IMG/VR virus record: IMGVR_UViG_3300012940_000076
Coordinates: 1-31,191 of that record
DNA length: 31,191 bases
Origin: a virus
Taxonomy: Duplodnaviria > Caudoviricetes
Reading direction: 5' to 3' (one strand)
Part shown: in pieces, positions 7,267-15,076 of the stretch
Position numbering within the stretch: position 1 is the stretch's first letter
Layout of the letters: the number at the start of each line of letters is the position of its first letter
Notes under the pieces: model-generated
What the model was told of the DNA's origin: nothing
The model's database searches: none
Seen by the model: only the letters and a program-made list of their open reading frames with translations
Made by a program: the position numbers and the translations under genes

Positions 7267-9150
7267 ATGGCAATCGGACGCCGCGAACGGCGGGCAGAAA
7301 CGGAATCGCCGCCCACTTCCCTCATTGCCTCCGCCGCCCGGGTCACCCTCAATCGTGCCGATGCGTGGCGTGACTTCAAGCTGCGCGACGAAGAGTGGCA
7401 GGCCGAATGTTGGCGCATGTACGACGTGGTGGGCGAACTGCACTTCGCCGCCAACTACATCGGCTCCGCCTGCTCCCGCGTTCGCATCTACGTCGCCGAG
7501 GTCGATGAGGTTGGCCGCATCGGCGAAGAGGTGGACAACGACGAAGAGGTACAGGCTCTCGCCGACACCGCATTCGGTGGGCCCGCCGCGAAAGCCGAAG
7601 CCCTACGCGCCCTCGGTGTCAACCTCACCGTCCCGGGCGAGGCCTACATCGTTGGGCGAGCCAAGCGGGCCTCCTCCGAAGAGGACCGCTGGTTCGTCAC
7701 CACCGCCTCCGAGATTCGCCGCCAAGGTGGCCGGCTGATCGTGGACACGGGGAACGGGAAGGAGGAGATCCTTCCCGAGCGGGACATCGTGATCCGCGTG
7801 TGGACGCCACACCCGCGCCGGATGAAGATGGCCGACTCGCCCACCCGGGCGGCCCTGCCGGTGCTGCGGGAGATCGAACAGCTCACCAAGTTCGTGTTCT
7901 CGCAGATCGACTCCCGGCTAGCCGGGGCGGGCATCCTGCCGATCCCCAACAACGTCGACTTCCCGCACACCGATGAGCAGTCCAGCGGTGCGGAAGGTCT
8001 GATGAAGGCCCTGACCGACGCCGCGTCCGCGTCGCTGTCCGGGCACGGCTCCGCCGCCGCGCTAGTGCCGATCCTGGTGGAGATGCCCGTCGAGGCCATC
8101 AACGCGATGCCCGACAAGCCGATCCGCTTCGAGTCGGAACTGTCGGACAAGGCGAAGCTGCTGCGCGACGAGGCGTTGCGCCGGCTGTCCCTGGCGCTGG
8201 ACATGCCGCCCGAGGTGATCACCGGCACCGGGGACACCAACCACTGGTCGGCGTGGCACATCGAAGAGTCGGCGGTGAAGATCCACGTCGAGCCGCTGAT
8301 GAATCGGATCTGCCACGCGCTCACCGAGGCCTACCTCAAGCCGGCCCTCAAGACGCTGGGCAAGGACCCGAAGAAGTACGCCTTCGCCTTCGACACCGCG
8401 CCGCTGACCGTCCGCCCCGACCGGCTCAAGGACACCCTCATGCTCTATGAGCAGGGCGTCGTCAACGCCGATGCGGTGCTGCGGGCCGGCAACTACCACC
8501 CACAGCTCGACGCCCCCACCGAGGAGCAGGAGAACGCCCGCTTCCTCAAGGAGCTGATGCTGCGGGACCCGACCCTGATCAACTCCCCCGGCATCCGGGA
8601 AGCCGCCGGCCTCGGCGAGATCGACACCACCGTGCCGCTGGCCGAACTGCCACCCGGCCAGGACCCCAACGCACCCGGCCCACCGCCACCGCCGGCACCG
8701 GAGCGGGCCATCGACAACGGGCAGACCGCCCCGATGCCGGAACGTCCCGCCGGCACCGGCCCGAACGGTTCCGGGCTGATCGCCGCCGCCCGCGCCCAGG
8801 AGTTGGTGGACCCGCCGTCGGCGGTCCTGGTCGCCGCCGACGCGGTGGTGATGACCGCCCTGGACCGGGCCGGTAAGCGCCTGCTGACCCGCGAGCACCG
8901 GGCCCAGTGGCAGCATGTGGAGGCGTTCGAGCTGCACACCAAGATCCGGGTGCAGGGGCAGCAGCATGTGGAGAAGTTGCTCGACGGGGCCTGGAACAAG
9001 CTCCCCCTCATGTTCGAGGGCCTGAACGTGGACGTGCGGCGGATGCAAACAGTCCTGGAGCGCTACTGCGCGACTCTGCTGGTGCGGTCCACCCCGCACC
9101 ACCGGTCGTGGCTCGCGGCGGTCCTCAAGGAGCATGGGCTGATCCGATGA
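7267..9150 (+). CDS. Portal protein
   Basis: 627 aa after terL; VGELHFAANY, SRLAGAGIL, LDMPPE..TG..NHWSAW resemble cluster-B-like actinophage portals; Pro-rich insert near the C-terminus. Confidence 0.85.
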   Translation: MAIGRRERRAETESPPTSLIASAARVTLNRADAWRDFKLRDEEWQAECWRMYDVVGELHFAANYIGSACSRVRIYVAEVDEVGRIGEEVDNDEEVQALADTAFGGPAAKAEALRALGVNLTVPGEAYIVGRAKRASSEEDRWFVTTASEIRRQGGRLIVDTGNGKEEILPERDIVIRVWTPHPRRMKMADSPTRAALPVLREIEQLTKFVFSQIDSRLAGAGILPIPNNVDFPHTDEQSSGAEGLMKALTDAASASLSGHGSAAALVPILVEMPVEAINAMPDKPIRFESELSDKAKLLRDEALRRLSLALDMPPEVITGTGDTNHWSAWHIEESAVKIHVEPLMNRICHALTEAYLKPALKTLGKDPKKYAFAFDTAPLTVRPDRLKDTLMLYEQGVVNADAVLRAGNYHPQLDAPTEEQENARFLKELMLRDPTLINSPGIREAAGLGEIDTTVPLAELPPGQDPNAPGPPPPPAPERAIDNGQTAPMPERPAGTGPNGSGLIAAARAQELVDPPSAVLVAADAVVMTALDRAGKRLLTREHRAQWQHVEAFELHTKIRVQGQQHVEKLLDGAWNKLPLMFEGLNVDVRRMQTVLERYCATLLVRSTPHHRSWLAAVLKEHGLIR

Positions 9151-9887
9151 GCTACCCGGGCCAGGACGGTGAGGAGCGGCGGCTGACTGCCCTGGTGTGG
9201 GCGGCGCTGCGCCGCTGGCTCCAGCGCGTCTTGGACGCGGTGATGGCCGTCTACCGCCGGTTCGGGATCACCCCCGACCCGACCAGCATCTACTCCACGG
9301 TGCCGGAATGGGAAGAGGAGGTGGACCGGATCATTCCCGAGCTGGTGCCCTCGGCGCGGCTCGGCTGGGAGGACGTGCTGCCGGACTCCGACTCGTCGCT
9401 GGTGTCCACCGACTCCTACGTGCAGGCGTCGCTCGCCATGTCCCGCAACCTGCTGGTCCGCATCCCCGACGAGGGGTACAACCTGATCTTCGCGGAGATC
9501 ACGGACGGCGTGAACGACGGCGAAGGGGTCCGGGAGATCGCCGCCCGCATCGAGCGGGTCCTGGAAACCACCGGGTCGGAGCGGTGGCGCGGCCGGGCCG
9601 AGACGATCGCCGTGACGGAGGTGAACCGGGCCGCGAACGCGGGTGCCTACGCCGCCGGGTTGCAGGCCGAGCGGGACGAGGGTGTCTCGATGGTGAAGCG
9701 GTGGCTGGACTCGGACGACTCCCGGGTCCGGCCGGCGCACCGACGCGCCGACGGCCAGGAGGTGCTCCTGTCGCAGCCGTTCATCGTGGACGGCTTCCCG
9801 ATGATGATGCCCGGCGACCCAAGCGCCCCGCCGCATCTGGTGATCTGGTGCCGCTGCTCCATGCAGATCCGGGAGGCGCGGCGATGA
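9147..9887 (+). CDS. MuF-like minor head protein
   Basis: Start revised to ATG 9147 (ATGA overlap); RAETIAVTE, KRWL...DSRVRPAH..ADGQ, PGDP, CRC. Confidence 0.88.
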   Translation: MSYPGQDGEERRLTALVWAALRRWLQRVLDAVMAVYRRFGITPDPTSIYSTVPEWEEEVDRIIPELVPSARLGWEDVLPDSDSSLVSTDSYVQASLAMSRNLLVRIPDEGYNLIFAEITDGVNDGEGVREIAARIERVLETTGSERWRGRAETIAVTEVNRAANAGAYAAGLQAERDEGVSMVKRWLDSDDSRVRPAHRRADGQEVLLSQPFIVDGFPMMMPGDPSAPPHLVIWCRCSMQIREARR

Positions 9888-10024
9888 GGGACTGGCTGTG
9901 GCACCTACTCAACGACCCGATGCGGGACAACCCCTGGTCGTTGGGGCTGCTCGTGCTGATCCTGGTGGCGTGGTTCTCGGTGGCGCTATACCCGCTGGCT
10001 CGTAACTGGTGGAGGCGGCGATGA
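9884..10024 (+). CDS. 46-aa single-pass membrane protein
   Basis: MRDWLWHLLNDPMRDNPWSLGLLVLILVAWFSVALYPLARNWWRRR; ATGA overlaps at both ends. Confidence 0.7.
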   Translation: MRDWLWHLLNDPMRDNPWSLGLLVLILVAWFSVALYPLARNWWRRR

Positions 10025-10596
10025 ACGTTCTTGTCGCCTGCGAATACTCCGGGGTGGTGCGGGATGAGTTCCGCAAGCGCGGCCACATGGCGATGTCCTG
10101 CGACCTGCGCCCCGACGAGGGCAACTCGGAGTGGCATTTCCGGGGGGATGTGCGGCACGCGCTCCGCAACATCCAATGGGACATGATCATCGCGTTTCCG
10201 CCGTGCCAGCACCTGTCCGCCGTCGGGGCCCGCTACTGGGGCGAGAAGATGGCCGACGGGCGACTGCTCGAAGCCGTCGAATTCGTGAAGCTGATCGCCG
10301 AATCGGACTGCCCGCGCATCGTCATCGAAAACCCGACCGGAATCCTGTCTCGAATGTGGCGGGAGCCCGACCAGATCATCCACCCGTACATGTTCGGCGA
10401 GCCGTGGATGAAGCGGACCTGTTTATGGCTGAAAGGGGTACCGCCCTTGGAGCCGACGAACATGGTGGAACCCCAGGGGCATTGGGTTCAGACGGAAGCC
10501 ATCGGGGAGGGAAAGGTTCCCGGGCGTCGCGGAGCGAAGATCAGAGCCCGTACATTCACTGGTGTAGCACGCGCTATGGCAAGTCAGTGGGGATGA
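10021..10596 (+). CDS. Short DNA cytosine-C5 methyltransferase-like protein
   Basis: MNVLVACEYSG (variant motif I), SCDL, GDV, AFPPC (motif IV), IENP (VI), KRTCLW, VARAMASQW; start revised to 10021. Confidence 0.75.
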   Translation: MNVLVACEYSGVVRDEFRKRGHMAMSCDLRPDEGNSEWHFRGDVRHALRNIQWDMIIAFPPCQHLSAVGARYWGEKMADGRLLEAVEFVKLIAESDCPRIVIENPTGILSRMWREPDQIIHPYMFGEPWMKRTCLWLKGVPPLEPTNMVEPQGHWVQTEAIGEGKVPGRRGAKIRARTFTGVARAMASQWG

Positions 10597-10599
10597 GAA

Positions 10600-12555
10600 A
10601 TGGCTATCGACCAGAGCAACCCGAACACGCGCCGTCTCGTCCGCTACTGGACTCGGGGTGAGGGGGCCGCGAAGATCCGGTGGGGAACCGACGGGTCCTT
10701 TGACCGGTGCGTCCGGCACCTGACCGGAAAGGTCCGCGACCCGAAGGGCCTGTGCGCGGAACTGCACAAGTCAGCCACCGGGGAATGGCCGGCTGAGAAG
10801 GGCGTCGAGTCGTCCATGGAGACGGAGACGTTCGAGGTGAGCGAGGCTGAGGCGCGGGCCGCTGTGCCGATGCAGCGGGTGATCTCGTGGCGCGGCCCGA
10901 TCGCCCCGCTCAACCGGCCCACCGGGGATCGGCGGGAGTTCGCCCCCGGGGCGTTGGGTCACCGGGACTTCCCGCTGCCCGCCATGTTCCAGTTCGTCAC
11001 CGGGGGGCAGGGGCACGCCAACGCGGTCACCGTTGCCACGCTCGACGGGTACGAGGAGCTGGGCACGGAGATCATCGGCTGGGGCCGCTTCCTGGACCCG
11101 CGCATCGTCCCCGAGGTTCCCCGCGCCATCTACCTGCTCAAGGAGGGCGTGGCGGGCCCGTCGGTGGACCTGGAGCCGGACCTGACCTACGAGATGGTGG
11201 CGACGGACGACAAGCCGCGCTTCCGGGTCACCAAGGGGACCATGGCGGGCCTGACATTCGTGTCGAAGCCCGCGTTCGCCAACCTCAAGATCACCGTCCA
11301 CGACGAGGAGGTCCAGTCGGTCCTCGCCTCGGCTGGCGTCGATCTGGAGTTCGAGGAGCTGGACCACACCGACCTGTTCGAGGAGCCGGGGCCGGGGCTG
11401 GCCGACTTCACCGTCAACTCCTCCTCCTGGTCCAAGATGCCCCTCGGCGACCGGGACCAGCCCTTCGACGCGGACGACGCCATCGCCCGGCTGGTCGAGG
11501 CGTCCGGCGGCAACCCGGAGGTGTTCGGCAAGGCGTTCCTGTGGCGGCAGTCCGACGGGGACCCCCGCAACAAGGCGTCGTACCGGCTGCCCATCGCCGA
11601 CGTGATCAACGGGAAGATGACCCTCGTCCCGCACGCCGTGTACGCGGCAGCCGCGATCCTGTCCGGAGCCCACGGCGGCCTGCCCAACGTGCCGGACAAC
11701 GAGAAGGAGCAGATCCGCAAGGTCATCACGGAGATTTACGACGTGCTCCGTGAGACGTTCGCCGACCCCCGCGTCATGCCCCCGTGGCAGCGCGGCGGGC
11801 GTCGCGGCGCTGAGGGAACGGGAGACGCTGGCATGAGCAAGAATGAGGCGGCCCTGACCGCCGCCGCAGCGGCCGGTTTCCGGCCCCCGGCGGCCTGGTT
11901 CCGCAACCCGGACCTCCAGGCCCCGACCGGGCTGCGGGTCACCGACGACGGCCGGGTCTACGGCCACCTGGCCTCCTGGGGCATCTGCCACACCGGCATC
12001 GGTAACCAGTGCGTCACCGCGCCGCACTCGGTCACGGACTACCGCTACTTCAAGGTGGGGACGGTGATCACCGACGATGGGCAGGAGCTGGCGGTCGGAA
12101 AGATCACCCTCGGGGGTGGTCACGCGGACCCTCAGTACGGCATCCGCCCGGCCCTGGAGCACTACGACGACGCCGGCACCGCCGTGGCCGCCGTCAACAT
12201 CGGCGAGGACGGGCACGGGATCTGGGTGGCCGGGGCTCTCCTTCCAGGAGTGGATGATCAGCGTATTGCGCAACTCCGTCTCTCGCCCCTGTCCGGGGAC
12301 TGGCGACGGGTCGATGGCAACCTCGAACTCATCGCCGCCCTCGCCGTCAACACCCCCGGTTTCCCGGTCCTGCGCGCATCCGCCGGGGAGGACATGACCC
12401 TGCTGGCCGCTGGCATGGTTCAGGACCGGGCGGAGATCCCCGTCCAGCGGACCGACCCGATGGTGAAGCTGCGCGACATCGACGCCTTCCTGGACGGGCA
12501 GTCCAGCCGGGAGCGTCGTGAACGTCTGCGCCGGATTCTGGAGGAGGAGAAGTAA
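10600..12555 (+). CDS. Capsid maturation protease, multidomain
   Basis: TGDRREF...GHANAVTV...GPSVDL...GLTFVSKPAF (HK97-type protease pattern) and C-terminal GRVYGHLASW..CH...HYD...GIWVAG...LSGDWR; located between MuF and capsid. Confidence 0.75.
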   Translation: MAIDQSNPNTRRLVRYWTRGEGAAKIRWGTDGSFDRCVRHLTGKVRDPKGLCAELHKSATGEWPAEKGVESSMETETFEVSEAEARAAVPMQRVISWRGPIAPLNRPTGDRREFAPGALGHRDFPLPAMFQFVTGGQGHANAVTVATLDGYEELGTEIIGWGRFLDPRIVPEVPRAIYLLKEGVAGPSVDLEPDLTYEMVATDDKPRFRVTKGTMAGLTFVSKPAFANLKITVHDEEVQSVLASAGVDLEFEELDHTDLFEEPGPGLADFTVNSSSWSKMPLGDRDQPFDADDAIARLVEASGGNPEVFGKAFLWRQSDGDPRNKASYRLPIADVINGKMTLVPHAVYAAAAILSGAHGGLPNVPDNEKEQIRKVITEIYDVLRETFADPRVMPPWQRGGRRGAEGTGDAGMSKNEAALTAAAAAGFRPPAAWFRNPDLQAPTGLRVTDDGRVYGHLASWGICHTGIGNQCVTAPHSVTDYRYFKVGTVITDDGQELAVGKITLGGGHADPQYGIRPALEHYDDAGTAVAAVNIGEDGHGIWVAGALLPGVDDQRIAQLRLSPLSGDWRRVDGNLELIAALAVNTPGFPVLRASAGEDMTLLAAGMVQDRAEIPVQRTDPMVKLRDIDAFLDGQSSRERRERLRRILEEEK

Positions 12556-12557
12556 CC

Positions 12558-12704
12558 GTGGCCTGCGGCTGCAACAAGAACAAGACGGTCTACATGCTCA
12601 CCGTGCCCGGCAAGGAGCCCGTGGAGTTCGATGACCGGCAAAAGGCGCTGACCGAGGCGCGCATCCAGGGCGGCACGATCACCACGAAGGTCGTTCCGAA
12701 GTAG
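12558..12704 (+). CDS. 48-aa MACGC-type small head-module protein
   Basis: Not in the track. GTG after GGAGGAG: MACGCNKNKTVYMLTVPGKEPVEFDDRQKALTEARIQGGTITTKVVPK; high GC3; ends before a terminator. Confidence 0.8.
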   Translation: MACGCNKNKTVYMLTVPGKEPVEFDDRQKALTEARIQGGTITTKVVPK

Positions 12705-12713
12705 CCCGGACGT

Positions 12714-12755
12714 GAAGAACCCCCAGGCCCCACCCCTGTGGCCTGGGGGTTCTTC
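12714..12755. terminator. Bidirectional intrinsic terminator
   Basis: Perfect 16-bp stem GAAGAACCCCCAGGCC/GGCCTGGGGGTTCTTC between convergent genes; a second hairpin GCATCCA/TGGATGC lies at 12758-12790. Confidence 0.85.
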
Positions 12756-12800
12756 GTGCATCCAGGCCCCTACCCCATAGGCGTGGATGCGGCGGAAGGT

Positions 12801-13121
12801 CTACTTGTCGGTGGCGAGAAGGTTGTCCCGGTAGAGGACGATTCGCCAGGTGTACCGGGCGGCCTCAGACATGACCGTCCAGTCCCACCCGTTGATGCCC
12901 GTGAAGCTGATCTGGGTGTTCACGTCCGTGTCCACGGTGTTGATGGTCCGGGAGTCGGGCAGGATCATGAAGGAGACTCCCTCGTCGGTGCTGAGCCAGT
13001 CCACCTCGCCCGGGTACTTCGACCCCAGGTCAATCTCCCACACGTGGAAGTTCGGGTGATCGATGTAGTGGATAACGTCGTGGACCTTGATCCGGCCCTG
13101 CACAACCTCGGCAAGTTTCAT
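12801..13121 (-). CDS. Hypothetical protein, 106 aa, acidic and beta-rich
   Basis: SD GGAGGAG, high GC3, own promoter and terminator; no family recognised. Confidence 0.8.
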   Translation of the reverse strand: MKLAEVVQGRIKVHDVIHYIDHPNFHVWEIDLGSKYPGEVDWLSTDEGVSFMILPDSRTINTVDTDVNTQISFTGINGWDWTVMSEAARYTWRIVLYRDNLLATDK

Positions 13122-13267
13122 GTCTACTCCTCCCCAGAAGTAGGAACCGGCGCTACAGACCCGAAGTCCACGCGCCGGTGGCTTGGAAGGTGGATCAGGG
13201 AGGGCCCCACCCCTCGGGGGGCCCTCCCCTTCTATCCCCCTGGACCGTCCGACTTGGCGTCTGACGT
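13122..13267 (-). promoter_or_regulatory. Structured 5' leader with SD-sequestering hairpin
   Basis: Four hairpins: CGUC-GAC/GUC-GACG; GGGAGGGCCCC/GGGGCCCUCCC; ACCGGCGC/GCGCCGGU; CUACUUCU-GGGG-AGGAGUAG over the SD. Confidence 0.65.
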
Positions 13268-13273
13268 GCCCCT

Positions 13274-13302
13274 AGCCTAGCAAACCTAGGTACGGGGTGC
13301 AA
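13274..13302 (-). promoter_or_regulatory. Sigma-A/HrdB-type promoter
   Basis: TTGCAC (13302-13297), 17 nt, TAGGCT (13279-13274). Confidence 0.7.
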
Positions 13303-13528
13303 TCACCAATTCCGCCTGGACCCGGACCTCATCCGGGCGGTCCGGCTTGACCTGGAACGAGAACGACCCTCCCGTCCGCGAGGCCCGCAGCACCTGGTTG
13401 TAGACCACGAGAGCCCGGTTGATGGTGTCGGTCAGGTTGTCACCCGTCTCGTTGGAGGCCTCGATCGCTGCCTCCAACGACTTGTCCGTCAGGAAGAGGG
13501 TGACCTGCGTCGGCTGCCCCGAAGTCAC
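13286..13528 (-). CDS. Putative ribbon-helix-helix (CopG-like) DNA-binding protein
   Basis: TQVTLFL strand followed by two helices ...TGDNLTDTINRAL; GTGA overlap with the LPXTG gene. Confidence 0.6.
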   Translation of the reverse strand: MTSGQPTQVTLFLTDKSLEAAIEASNETGDNLTDTINRALVVYNQVLRASRTGGSFSFQVKPDRPDEVRVQAELVIAPRT

Positions 13529-14514
13529 GCCTCGAACCGCCGCGAACGCAGCCGCGACAGGGCGATGCCGGCCAGGCCGATCACTACCAGCAGGCCGCCG
13601 ACCAGGAAGGCGCGGACAACCGGGCTACCGGTCACCGGCAGGGAGTCGGAGTTGTCGACCGGGATCGTCTCGTCCGCGCTCGGGGTCGTGTCCGGCTGCG
13701 TCGGAGCCACCGACGGGCTCGGCGAAGCCGAAGCGCTCGGGGTCACGCTCGGGGTCACGCTCGGCGACGGGCTCGGGGACTCATCCACCTCGCACTCCGC
13801 ACCCTGCTTCTTCGCCACCGGGTAGATCCAGGGCGTCCAGCCATCCGGCTTGAGGTACCCGTCCTTGAGTACCACGTCCACTTCGACCATGCCCTCGACG
13901 GCCGGCTTGATGTCGTACTTCTCGATCCCCTCGGCAAGCTGAGCCGGTTCCTCGACCTTGCCGAGTTCGTCGCAGGTCGGCGGGGTGTAGACCGGCGCGG
14001 GGATCGTCTCCAGCCGCTTCGTCTCGACGGCCAGGAAGTTGACCTTCTCCTCGCCGATGGTGAGGTCACTGATCTTCACCTCACCCTGCTGGCCGTTGTC
14101 GAACACGACGCCTGCGTAGGTGATCGTGCCACTGGTCGGGATGGTGAAGCGGACCACCCCATCGGGGCCGCCGCACTGGTTCGGGTTTCCGTCGAAGGAG
14201 TTGTAGACAGTTTCCGCGACCTGCACGAACACCCGGGGAGCGCCGCCGCCGCAGGTGACGCCCGCTCCCAGGTCCGGGGTGAAGGACACCTCAGTGCCGG
14301 CCTCCACGGTCATGCCGAGGTTCGCTGCCTCGACGGAGGTCATGCCGCCAGTAAGCCGGACCGTGTTCTCGTTCTCGATCGACGCGGCGTCGTTGACGGG
14401 GCTCCAGATCCGGTCGCCGGGATCGGCGGCGGCCGGGAGGCTGTAGCCGAGCGTCAGGGCTCCGAGGCCGAACGCTGCGGCGAATGCTGTGGTCTGTACG
14501 TTACGGATTTTCAT
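13525..14514 (-). CDS. Secreted LPXTG (LPVTG) cell-wall-anchored protein
   Basis: Signal peptide ending PAAA, beta-rich Cys-containing body, (SP/VTPS) linker, LPVTG, TM helix and RLRSRR tail. Confidence 0.88.
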   Translation of the reverse strand: MKIRNVQTTAFAAAFGLGALTLGYSLPAAADPGDRIWSPVNDAASIENENTVRLTGGMTSVEAANLGMTVEAGTEVSFTPDLGAGVTCGGGAPRVFVQVAETVYNSFDGNPNQCGGPDGVVRFTIPTSGTITYAGVVFDNGQQGEVKISDLTIGEEKVNFLAVETKRLETIPAPVYTPPTCDELGKVEEPAQLAEGIEKYDIKPAVEGMVEVDVVLKDGYLKPDGWTPWIYPVAKKQGAECEVDESPSPSPSVTPSVTPSASASPSPSVAPTQPDTTPSADETIPVDNSDSLPVTGSPVVRAFLVGGLLVVIGLAGIALSRLRSRRFEA

Positions 14515-14555
14515 TCATTCCCCTCCAGGATCTTGATGGGACACAACGAGGCCTC

Positions 14556-14583
14556 ACACTACAGGATGTTGGTGCAGGGTCAA
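14556..14583 (-). promoter_or_regulatory. Sigma-A-type promoter for the LPXTG-RHH operon
   Basis: TTGACC (14583-14578), 16 nt, TAGTGT (14561-14556). Confidence 0.6.
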
Positions 14584-14605
14584 GTAGCGTGGCGTGTCCT
14601 AGATG

Positions 14606-14904
14606 CACTGAGCCCCCCGGCGCGTCAGCGGGAGGGCTGGAATCCGGGGGGCCCAGTGTTTCCTGGGGAGGAAATCTATGGAAGTTTAACCCCAGTCCGA
14701 GGATCGGCCGTCGACACCCTGGGGTGCCGTCCCTCGGTCATCGCCCCTGGGGTACCCGGGCGACTCCCTGCTAGCAGGGGAGCTGGTGGTGTGGGGTGGA
14801 TGCGCGCCCCGGGAGTTGGCGCTCCCGGGGCGCTGCCGACGACTGTTGCAGCAGCGTCGGCCTTGCACCCATCCCCATCTGGCACGAAAGGAACCCCTTG
14901 GTGC
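14606..14904 (-). ncRNA. Candidate ~300-nt structured non-coding RNA
   Basis: Starts ~7 nt after a good promoter and consists of back-to-back hairpins plus a three-way junction, ending in a GC-rich hairpin (14606-14658). Key wobble pairs work only on the minus strand; overlapping ORFs have poor GC3. Confidence 0.65.
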
Positions 14905-14911
14905 GAAAACA

Positions 14912-14940
14912 ACTGTAGAGGGTGGCGGAGCGAAATGCAA
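14912..14940 (-). promoter_or_regulatory. Sigma-A-type promoter for the candidate ncRNA
   Basis: TTGCAT (14940-14935), 17 nt, TACAGT (14917-14912). Confidence 0.72.
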
Positions 14941-14942
14941 CC

Positions 14943-14960
14943 CCGGACAAAACCGGACAA
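14943..14960. repeat. Direct repeat CCGGACAA x2 with 10-bp period (possible operator)
   Basis: Copies at 14943-14950 and 14953-14960, between divergent promoters. Confidence 0.5.
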
Positions 14961-14966
14961 CCGATC

Positions 14967-15008
14967 TTGTTGGGACTACTTGACATAAAGTACGCTCTGC
15001 ACTAGCTC
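14967..15008 (+). promoter_or_regulatory. Probable capsid-operon promoter
   Basis: Either TTGTTG-18-TACGCT (14967-14996) or TTGACA-17-TAGCTC (14980-15008); cannot choose from sequence alone. Confidence 0.5.
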
Positions 15009-15076
15009 GCACGATGGCTGAGGGCCTGTCGAGGAAGTTGTGACCATTTCCGACTTGCCCGAAAGGCCATCAAGTC

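Noticed and set aside
13714-13780. 12-bp tandem repeat GCTCGGGGTCAC as a regulatory or iteron array
   Set aside because: Explained by the SPSVTPSVTP linker of the LPXTG protein.
14533-15012. Protein-coding ORFs in the LPXTG-capsid spacer (151, 108, 94 aa and others)
   Set aside because: Many A/T third positions unlike real genes here, and they run across promoter boxes. A GTG ORF inside the ncRNA is not fully excluded.
15013-15071. Hammerhead ribozyme (CUGA...GAAA)
   Set aside because: The core reads CUGAGGG rather than CUGANGA, and there is no third stem or cleavage triplet.
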